DNA of 64,000 nucleotides from the human T2T-CHM13v2.0 reference genome, Homo sapiens: NCBI RefSeq assembly GCF_009914755.1, contig NC_060946.1; one strand, 5' to 3'. Shown piece by piece: positions 51,092 to 64,000 of this stretch (position 1 is its first letter; each line of letters starts with the position of its first letter). The notes under the pieces were generated by a model. It saw only the letters and a program-made list of their open reading frames with translations, ran no database searches and was not told where the DNA came from. The position numbers and the translations under genes were made by a program.

Positions 51092-51594
51092 GTGAGTGGT
51101 TCCTGAGCATTGTCAGAGGGAATGAGTACACGGATGGGTGTTCTATTCCCCCTTTTCAGGGACCTCTTAGAAACAGGAGGATTGGGGGTGAGATTTAGCT
51201 GTCAGGGCTAGGCAGGGCCAGAGGGGCTGGGAAGGACGTATTCACGGAAGGGGAAAGAAAACACGTTGACTCTGGGCCAGGAGGATGGGCAGGGAGTGAA
51301 CCCAGGCATGGGAGAGATGGACTTTTCCAGGGTTGGGGGGTGCCATTCCAGATTTCAATTCCCCCTGGGTGCAGAGGGTCCATCAGCCTGGAACAGCTAC
51401 GTCCAGAGTGTGTCCCCTCCATCCCCCAGCACACCTGCTGTCCCCTCCTTTCCCAGGGGTCCCGAGGCCTCAGGCTGTCTAGCCAGGGCCCTGTTGCCCC
51501 CACACCAGGTCCTCTGCCTGCCTCATGCTCATTCAGCCCAGGTTGGGCACTCACAAGCTTCTCAGTCTGCTTCTGATTTAGAAAGATCATTGCA

Positions 51595-51919
<325 letters not shown>

Positions 51920-52199
51920 TCATAAGTATCAGAACTTCATGACTCTTGGAGACTCTGATCCCCTGAGGAGAGAGTGAGCTCAGAAAGGAAAAGTGACCGT
52001 TCAGGTCAAACAGCAAGGTCTGCCAAATCCTGTCCCAGACTCAGTGGAGGGAAAGTCCTGGTACACCCCCACACCCTCCTTTGCATCTCCCCCCCAGCTC
52101 CCATATTCTAGAAATCCAGCCTGGCTTTCAAGTCCCTGGGCAAGCCAGGTGCCCTCCACCCCTATCCCCAGTCGGTCGACCTTCCCTGCTCCAGGCATA

Positions 52200-53100
52200 C
52201 TCTGTGTCTGCTTCAGGTGTCATCTCTGCCCCAGGTGTGTTCTCTGCTCCCTCTTCCCCGCTGTGCTCCCTGTCTCAAGTGTACTCCCTGTCCTAGCGTG
52301 CCCCCTGCCCCAGATGTGCTCCCTGCCCCGGATGTGCCCCCTGCCCCGGATGTGTCCCCTGCCCCGGATGTGCTCCCTGCCCCGGATGTGCTCCCTGCCC
52401 CGGATGTGTCCCCTGCCCCGGATGTGCTCCCTGCCCCGGATGTGTCCCCTGCCCCGGATGTGCTCCCTGCCCCGGATGTGCTCCCTGCCCCGGATGTGTC
52501 CCCTGCCCCGGATGTGCTCCCTGCCCCGGATGTGTCCCCTGCCCCGGATGTGCTCCCTGCCCCGGATGTGTCCCCTGCCCCGGATGTGCTCCCTGCCCCG
52601 GATGTGCTCCCTGCCCCGGATGTGTCCCCTGCCCCAGATGTGTCCCCTGCCCCAGATGTGTCCCCTGCCCCGGATGTGCTCCCTGCCCCGGATGTGTTCC
52701 CTGCCCCGGATGTGCTCCCTGCCCCAGAGGTGCTCCCTGTCTCAAGTGTGCTCCTTGTCCTAGTGTGCTCCCTGCCCCAGGTGTGCTCCCTGTCCTAGTG
52801 TGCTCCCAGTCTCAGGTATGCTCCCTGCCTCAAGTGTACTCCCTGTCCTAGAATGCTCCCTGCCCCAGGTGTGCTCCCTGCCTCAGGTGTGCTCCCTGTC
52901 CCAGGTGTGCCCCCTCCCCCAGGTGTACTCCCTCCCTCAGGTGTGCTCCCTGTCTCAGGTGTGCTCCCTCCCCCAGGTGTGCTCTTTGTCTCAGGTGTGC
53001 TCCCTACCCCAGGTGTGTTCCCTGCCTCAGGTGTGCTCCCTCCCCCAGGTGTGCTCCCTGTGTCTGGTGTGCTCCCTGCTCCAGGTGTATTCTCTGCTCC
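52200..53100. repeat. 18-bp GC-rich minisatellite (ccctgccccggatgtgYY), about 50 copies
   Basis: Homogeneous core about 52301-52735 with diverged flanking units. Confidence 0.97.
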
Positions 53101-54284
53101 CACCACTGCTCAAAAGCTCACTCTGGCCCCTGGGTCTTTGTACATGCAATTCCTTTGCCAGGGTGCCTGCTCTGCTCTAGCCAATTGTCCCACCATTTTT
53201 AGGAACCAGCAGGAGTCCCCACCTCCTCCAGGAGGTCTTTTGAGTCTACCCTGTGGTTGAGTCTGCCAGCCTTGACTCACAGGGTTTCGAGTATTGTGTG
53301 TTTCCAGATCTTCTCTGAGTTTCAGGTGATTTGGAGGGGAGGTTACGTGGAAGGAGGCCAGGCAATCAATAGGCTTATATTCCTCTGTTCCTCCAAAGCT
53401 CTGTGACCTTGGATCAGCTACTAAGCTGCTCTGAGCCCCAGTTTTGTCCTCATCTAGAAGATGAGGCTGGTGAAGGATTCCACCTCAGCTAACTCATGGG
53501 GCTGAGTGAAAGGGCGATGTGGGTGGTGCAGGATGGTGCACGTGTGAGGGTTAACCACTCCTGGGGCTCAGGAGCTGCGGTACGCACGCATTCTTCATTG
53601 TCTTCTTGAGAGTCCTGGGCTAGGTCCCTGGGAAGACTCAGCATGTACTCACAGTGTGGTACTGGGACCATCCCTGTAACTGTCTGTCCCCTACGGACTG
53701 CACCCTCTTTGATATCAGGGACCAGGTCTTTTTGATCTTCCCATCCTCAGCACAGGGCACAGGGCAGGTGTTCTGCTCTTGCTCCTAGAACTAAAGAGCT
53801 GGTGCAGTTGGCTCTAGGAGCACACTCCAGCCTAGGATGAAGCCTTAGAGGTCGTTTCATCAAAAACCTTGTTATTGTATGGACGGGGAAACTGAGACTC
53901 AGAAAAGGGGAGGGGCATGCTGAGTGTATAGTATAGCACCAACTTTGGAGACCCATCTGGGTTTGGATGCAGTTCTTCAACTTCCTGGCAGTGGAACCTT
54001 GGGCAAGTCATTTGTTTCTCTTAGCCTCAGTTTTCCCATCTGTAAAATGGGGCCAATCATGAAGGTTGCTGTGGGGGTAAAGTGAGATTGCATCAGGGAA
54101 AGAGCATGGACAGTGTCTCGCATGCACCAGGCCTCCCCAGAAGGTAAGTTCTTTCCTCTTTGCCCAGAGCCTTGCACATTAGTGGCAGATCGGGGTGAGG
54201 GAGCGGGGAGAACCAGACCACCTGTTTCCCGCTCAGCTTCCTTTCCACCCTCTTTATTGAGAAGTTGGCTGTTTTCCCCTCTCA

Positions 54285-54931
54285 GCTGGCCCAGTCCAAT
54301 CAGCCAATACCCGATCCTACCCCCACACAGCTTATCTATGGAAGGGAGCTATTGGATCTTCCTAGGAGGTTCTAATCAATGCAACTATAGGTATTTTCTG
54401 CCAAGGTCTAGCTCTGGTTTCCTCACCTTCTCCATTACACTGGCACCTGTACCATCTCTCAAGTCCCTTCCAGCTCAGAAACTCTGTTCATTGAAGATCA
54501 GGTCACCCTCCTCCCCAATCCACAGACAAATGGTCCCCTTCTTCCCTCTCTCTCAGAAGCACCCCCCTCCCCACCCTGGACATCCCTGGGAGAAGGAGAA
54601 GGCACATTCTATGGACCACAGCTGGACCAGTCTGTGCTCCAGCAATGGATGGCATCTCACATAGGGGCAGCGATGTGGCAGAGGGGGAGCTGCTATGCAG
54701 GCAGACAGACTGGAGTGTGAACCCCACTTCTCCTCCTCCCCAGCTGCACAACCAGGCCAGTCACTCTGCCTCCTTTTGAATGGGTACCAGAACCACAACT
54801 TGGCACATTTGTGGATGAACGTACCCAGCACAGCACTTTCTTCTCTTTTGGCTACTCCTGTGCTGAATTTGGCAGCCCTATTCTCCGTTGGGGAGGCCCC
54901 ATCCTGGCCCAGTCCTCTCTGGCTGCCCTAG
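54285..54931 (+). pseudogene. Possible 3' coding segment(s) ...GSYWIFLGGSNQCNYRYFLPR...
   Basis: ORFs 54113-54664 and 54695-54931 are the same frame separated by one stop; several candidate acceptors. Confidence 0.3.
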
Positions 54932-55324
54932 GCCCTGTCTGTATAACCACTTCCACTGGCTTTCCAGTGCTGTCTCCAAGTTCCTCAGGGGAAGGCCCCC
55001 AATGCCATAACTCCCTAGTTACATGTGCCTCCATCTACCTGCCCATGCACCTTTCATCACCCCTCTGCCCACCCACCTGTTTACTTGCCGTCCCTCCATC
55101 CTTCATCATTATCGCTATAGCTCATACTTATGGAGTGTGTATGAAGGGCCAGGCACCATCTACCATGTTGATAGCAACCCATCTAATCCTCCTTGCAGCC
55201 ACACAAGGAAGATATTATTATCATCATCTCCATTTGCAGATGAAAAAAACTAAAGCATAGAGATGTAAACTAGCTTGCCTCAGGTCACATAATTAGTAAG
55301 AGGGAGAACTAAGATTCAAATCCT

Positions 55325-55605
<281 letters not shown>

Positions 55606-56612
55606 CTACCCCAGCTTCCCGCCACACATCTATTATCTGTCTGATCACCTACCTGTGATCAGACACTTCTTCCCAGGTGGGCATAGATTCATCCACCCAT
55701 TTACCCACCTATCAGTCACCACCCTCCATCAGAGCTTCCCTTTTTGGCCACTACATTGCATCCAATGTTGCAATGGCCACAGTCCTGCCCTTCTGCAGGT
55801 CACAGTCCAGTTAGAAAGACCAACATGTATCCAGGCAATGAGAAGCCATCGTGATACATGTTGTGAAGGTCCCCGGGTGCTGTAGGAGAATGGTGGAGGC
55901 ACCTGGCCCAGGCTGGGTGCTCAGGTCTGAGTCCCGAAGGGGAGTGGGTGCAAAGAGAGGAGCATCCCCAAAAAGAGAAGAGCAAGTGCAAAGGCTTGGC
56001 CCCAGCGAGATGGTGGCACACGGGGAAGCTGTGAATATTCCTATGGCGGAAGTCAGGATTCCAAAGATGAGGCTAGAGGGGCAGCCAAAGCCAGGGGTGT
56101 AGGACTGTGAATGCAGGCCAGTGTGTGGTAGGCAGTGATGGGAGCCACCAAAGGGTTTTAAATGCGGGGGAGTGATGCGGCCACAGAGCTTCAGTGTGGT
56201 CCAGAGTGCTCTGGCCACTGCAGGGAGAAGGTCAAGGCCAGAGGCAGGGAGAGAAGGGAGCAGGCTGTCTCAGTGACCCAGCCCCAGTATGAGGAGGCCT
56301 GGACTGAGTCCATGACCATGGAGGTGAGTTACAGTGGGTGGATTAGAGGCGTGCTCAAGACATAGCTTCTTTGGACTTAAGTGATGGAGTGGGCATGGGG
56401 GTAGGGATGTCTCCTCTCTGGAGATGGTGCCTCACCTCCTGGAACTTCCCCAGGGATCACCCTCTGGCTGTCACACTCCCAGGTTTTGCACAGGCTATAC
56501 ATCCTGTCTGGAAGTCCCTGGCTTTACGGGCCATGTGAAGATGTTATAACTCTTTGCAGTTTCCAAGCAGGGGAGTGTGTGGTCAGATGCGGCTGTTAGA
56601 AATACCAGTTCC

Positions 56613-57041
<429 letters not shown>

Positions 57042-57377
57042 TCAGAAGGAGCCATGGTTTCCTCAGACGATCCTTCCCAGACCTACTCACCCACAAATTA
57101 TGCCAAGTTTCTCACTAATAATCAATCATCTCACTCTGGAGTTTACCTTCATTTCACAGACTACAGTTTGCAGTTTTATATTTATGTGCATGATTATTTG
57201 ATTAATGTCTATATCTCACTCTAAATTATAAGCTCAATGAACATAGAGACACCATGATGGTATCAAGATATCACTGGGATACCATTTTATCCCTAGCGTC
57301 TAGGACAGTCCCTGGCACATAGTAGGTGCTCAATAAATGTTGAAAGAGTGAATGCGTATTCCTGGCTGGAGTTTCAG

Positions 57378-57710
57378 CAGCACTTGGATGATAGGATGTA
57401 AGATTGGTTGGAAAAAGGTGCCAATTTGTAGAGCTCAGAGGCCAAGTTTAGCAGTTTGGATAGTTGTCCTAACTCCTCAACATCCACTTTGAGGAATAGC
57501 CACAGAAAAATGATTCTTAGGATTTCTAAAATAGTTAACAGGCTGAAAAAGACCCTCAGGTGTCCCAGAGGAAAGCTGGCAGGGCTCAGGGGCTGCCCAT
57601 TTTTCCGAATTACTCATCCATCTCATCTGCTCTCTATGGGCACAAGGAATTGACATGCAGCCCTGGCTGTTTTGTTCACAGGGCCTGGATCTCAACCATG
57701 TACCAAATAA
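57378..57710 (+). pseudogene. Possible terminal exon ...KTLRCPRGKLAGLRGCPFFRITHPSHLL...
   Basis: Unique sequence, LAGLR and HPxxLL motifs, AATAAA near 57706. Confidence 0.3.
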
Positions 57711-57850
57711 AAGCTGGAACAAAATGTACCACATTTCCAACCCTGAATGTATCTCAAACGTTTTCTATAGTAGGTATGATTTTTTATTTCTATTAAACTA
57801 CAAAGTGAACGAGCTTTCCTCTTGAACTCCTGGTGAGCCAGTCGAAACTA

Positions 57851-58190
<340 letters not shown>

Positions 58191-58514
58191 CTAGAAGCCT
58201 GAGTAATGGAGACAGCCCAGACCCAGAGCTGAGCCAGACTGGAATCTGCACACCAGCTTCACTATGGGAGGTTTTGGGGACCCTTCAAAGTCACTTTTCT
58301 CTGTGCATCTCAGTTTTCTTATCTGTAAAGTGAGGCAAGTAATTTCTGCCTATTCAGCTTGCAGCTTTATGGTGGGGACGTTGGGTGCGAACCTGTATTA
58401 AACACTGTCCAGCACCAGATACATCGTAGGAGGTGCAGCTTCACTAGTCAAACCATGTGGGTTTCAAAAGCTAGAAAATGGAAGCATTCGTAACTCTTTC
58501 CAACCTCTTTATTC

Positions 58515-58798
58515 CCCCGAGACACCGTCTCCCTGTGTCACCCAGGCTGGAGCGGATGGCACGATCACCGCTCGCTGCAGCCTCAGCCTCTGGAGCACAA
58601 GCCATCCTCCCACCTTGGCCTCCCAAGTAGCTGAGACCACAGGTGTGTGCCACCACATCTGGCTAATTATTTTTATTTCTGTAGAGACAGGGTCTCACTA
58701 TGTTGCCCAGGCTGGTCTAAAACTCCTGGCCTCAAGCCATCCTCCCACCTCAGCCTCTCACGGTATTGGGATTACAGGCGTGAGCTACCATGCCCAGC
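58515..58798 (-). mobile_element. AluJ-like
   Basis: Diverged reverse Alu. Confidence 0.9.
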
Positions 58799-60005
58799 TT
58801 TATCTTTCCAACCTTTGTGGATGCATGTGAATAAATTACTGTTTTTTGTTCTGCTTGGACTTCATTCCCTGCATTTTCCAGTTCACTGAGAGAATTTGTT
58901 ATGCTCCACCCCTTTTTCCATAGGCTATGTCATAAGCCCGTGGCCAATGGGCTGGCTGCCTACGTGTAGAGCACCCGCCCCTTACCCAGTCAGATGCAAC
59001 TGAGGGTTCACATGATATTCCGGCAGCCAAGCTTTCTAACAGGGTTTAGAAGAGTCCCTGGCAGGTGCTGTTATGATGTTCATTTTATAGATGAGAAAAC
59101 TGAGGCACAGAGAGGTATCTTAGCCAATGACATGGAACCAGTAAAACACAGAATTGTGATTCAAACCTTGGGCTTTAAATCGTTTCTTTCCACGGTCTTG
59201 CTCGTCTCTGTCTCTCCAGGGCTAAGCAAAGTTTCTGGCATGATAAGCACTCTGTATATGTTTGCCAAGTGAGAGTTTGAGAATAATAACACTTACTTTA
59301 CGGGCTTATTACGAAAATTAAATAAGTTAGTATGAGTGAAAGCATCTGGCGCAGACCCTGGGGTTGAGAGGTGGTGAATAAATACTGGTTTAATTCATTC
59401 ATGAATTCATTCATTCCTCCTCCCTTATGGCTTGGAGCCATTGCTCCTGGCGAACACGGAAAGAAGGCAAAACCTGTCTTCTCTCCCTGAGCCCGACATT
59501 CTGCAGACTTTTGCCTTCAGAAAGCTGGTGCTCTTTCTTTCTCTCTGCTTATGCGGAGAATCTGTACCACCTCTTTGCCAGGGGGACTTAATGGTTAAGG
59601 TAAGCCCCTCTCTGACCTGCCTCTCCAGGCTCACCTCTCTCCTCTCCCTTCCCTAGCTCCCCACTCACACACCAGCCATCGTGGGCTGCCCAGAACTCAC
59701 CCTGGGCTTTCCCTGTCTTGTGCTTTTGTTCACAACCATTCCTGGTGGGTTCCCTGTCCAGCCTTCAAAGCTCAGCTCGAAGGGAACTCTTCCGTAGCCT
59801 TTGAGGAAGGGGATGTTTTTATTCCAGCCAGAAGGGGAGGCTTTTATTCCAGCCAGAAATCACCATCCCCAATCGCTGCCCCTCTGTTACTTTATCTGCA
59901 CCGCTCTTAAGGTACTGAGGGTGCCACTGATTGACCTAAATAGCACATGGATGGTGGAGTTTGCATTTCACATGTGGAAGAACTGAGTTAAATAACCCTC
60001 ACTTC

Positions 60006-60460
<455 letters not shown>

Positions 60461-60761
60461 ATAACCCTCACTTCATAGGGCTGTTGTGAGGATTAAATTA
60501 AATTAGAACAAGTAATGAATATTCACTCTTTTGCATTTCCCTAGCCCAATATTGCACTATAGAATGTCAGAACGGAAAGGGACTTTAGCAATATCAGTCA
60601 GATCCAGTGTTTCCCAAACTTTTAAAAAGGTAAGCACAACCATTTTTTTTTTCAGTGGGGTGGGGGTACTGTTCTGTCGGAGACAGGACTTACAGCTCTG
60701 CCCACTCAGCTCCTCCATCATCCCCTTCCTCAAAGGCTCTTCCTCCCAAGAAGACTTCTAG

Positions 60762-61494
60762 TCTTGTCTTAGCCAGAGTAATTAGGCAAGAAAAAGAAAT
60801 AAATGCCATCAAAACTGGCAAGAAGGAAGTCAAATTGTCCTTGTTTGCAGATGACATGATTTTATACAGAAAACCCTAAAAGCTGCATCAAAAAACTCTT
60901 AGAACTGATAAGCAAATACAGTAAAATTGCAGGATACAAAATCAGCATATAAAAACCAGTAGTGTTTCTATGCACCAACAATGAACTAGCAAAAAAAGAA
61001 ATTGAGGAAGCAATCTCACGTGACTACAATGACCATTAATACAAAAAACCCTAAAACACCTAAGAATAAAAGTAACCAAGGAGGTGAAAGACCTTTAGAA
61101 GGAAAATGATAAAACACTGATGAAAGCAATTGAAGAGGTCACAAAAAATGGAAACATATCACATGTTCATGAATTGGAAGACTTAATATTGTGAAAATGG
61201 TCATACTACCAAAAGTGATCTACAGATTCAATTGTTATCCCTATCAAAATACCAATGAAATTCTTCACAGAAATATACAAATTATCCTAGAATTCATATG
61301 GGGATCCCAAATAGCCAAAGCAATTCTGAGCAAAAAGAGCAAGTTGGAATCATCTCACTATCTGACTTTAAAATATACTGCAAAGCTATCTTAACCAAAA
61401 TAACCATGGTACTGGCATAAAAAAATATATATAGATGAATGGAACAGAATAGAAAACCCAGAAATAAATCCATGTATTTACAGCCAACTGATTT
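60762..61494 (+). mobile_element. Old L1 ORF2 fragment (reverse transcriptase region)
   Basis: Translates [12 protein letters not shown]...[12 protein letters not shown] and KMVILPKVIYRFN; degenerate. Confidence 0.93.
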
Positions 61495-61598
61495 TTTTTC
61501 TTTCATTTTTGTTTTCTTAGAAATTCTCGGTATGGTTTATTAGTGGCAATGTAAATCGATGATAATCATAAACCAAATTAAACAAATCTACCCCATGA

Positions 61599-61916
<318 letters not shown>

Positions 61917-62073
61917 TCTTAGTGAATAAATTCTTAACTACTATTAATTAATTGCTTATAGTATCCAGCAGATATGTTTTAAAAGTCAATAATATTAATT
62001 CCCTTTGTAGATTGTTTAAAAAAACTGTTTTGAGTCAATCGCTGTGAATACTTGAAAGTACAAATATAAATTA

Positions 62074-62456
<383 letters not shown>

Positions 62457-62987
62457 TCAATTTACTTTGTACCTTTTTTATATAAAATATTTAAAAACAG
62501 GACATATTGTCTGGATCATACATGAAAGTTCACATCCACATGTCTTTTCTATCAAATTCTCATCCTTTCTTCATTGTCAAAATCTTAATTTTCATTCCTA
62601 GCTGGATTGTTTTTCCTTGGCAATTCTTTCTGTTACCCCACTAAAATATTTCTCACGGAAGGAATTATGACCTTGGTATTGGCAGAAAATGATCACTTTG
62701 CAGATGTGAATACCGGTCGCAGTTCTCAAATTTCTTCACCATTTCCATTGTTATCAAGCACCTTGATGTGTGACTGGAAAGCTTCTGCTCGCAGTTGCTA
62801 ATGAGTTTCAGGCAAGGATGCCAGGGCACCATCTCTTCAGTGTATTCTGGTATATACATTAGCAACCCATAGACCAGTCTTCCACCTACCACAAGGGTCT
62901 CAGCTGAGAAGTTTAACAAGTCAAAAAACATATCACTCAGATGATAACTCAAGGAAACAGGAATGTGGCTTTCTGGACATTTTTCTA

Positions 62988-63269
<282 letters not shown>

Positions 63270-64000
63270 TTATATGCATCTGGAACCAGAACTTCAAGGT
63301 CATACTTCTGTAAACCATATTGACAAAGATTGGCCCTAATATTTTCATCTGGTGCTCTCCATATCTGTTTTTTCCTACTGGCCATTCCCAAGCCATGAAC
63401 TATGTTGTGGTCTATGTCTGTCCCATAAACATATATACCAAAATGGGCACATGCTATCAGGAGACCACCTAGAAGAACTAGTTGTCAAGAGGAACAGAAA
63501 AGCTTTCCTTTGCTTTCTTAAACAGAAGCTTATCCATTCGGTTGGAGTGAGTTTCGAGAAGACCCAGTTTACAGTACACTGCTGTTTCAACAAACAGATC
63601 AAAGACAATATCATTTTCTTTCACTTTCCCGTGGTTAGCCATGATGAATGACAAACCAGCATCCATACTTGTATTTCCAACAAAGTGCCTCTTTTTGACA
63701 CTGTATGACTCAATAAGCTCTCTCTGTCCATCTGCAATCCATCTGCCAAAATAATTATTATGTGGATTCTCAGGGATGCAGTTTGGGTCCAAACCATGAT
63801 CCTCCAAAACAGAGAATGTATGTTGTGGTTTCTTTAAATTCACTTTTTCTTCAGATGGCAGACATTCAATTGCATCTATTCGCTTGATTTTTCCCTTCTT
63901 GTGTCAATGTCTTATTAAAAGTGTGAATCTTTATTTTATATGTAGAGTCTGAATGTAGAAATGGAACCATCTTGTCCACAGGGTAATTTTTAAGAGAACT

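Noticed and set aside
51993-53260. Long ORFs with PRMCSL / PAPDVL repeats
   Set aside because: Stop-free 18-bp minisatellite; no coding context.

Overview
Alu-dense primate (human-like) genomic DNA with no intact protein-coding gene. Besides ordinary repeats (about 40 Alus, MIR/L2, MLT1, a THE1 solo LTR, MER20/MER5, two L1 fragments, a 1.3-kb (TCCA)n, an 18-bp minisatellite), two things stand out. (1) A minus-strand processed pseudogene of TRMT11 at the right end (about 61.5 kb to the window end); it captured an aberrantly spliced isoform and later took Alu insertions. (2) What appears to be a large decayed multi-exon gene on the + strand (about 4.6-57.7 kb). I reconstructed it by hand from unique sequence between the repeats: a Kozak ATG and signal-peptide-like first exon, more than 20 AG/GT-bounded candidate exons (many phase-compatible), scattered stop codons, one exon split by an Alu cluster, and recurring Cys/Trp motifs reminiscent of ricin-type beta-trefoil repeats. 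I do not recognise the protein and infer a candidate unitary pseudogene of a large secreted repeat protein. The 5' exons are best supported; reading frames of several central and 3' exons are ambiguous. No alignment or database search was run.
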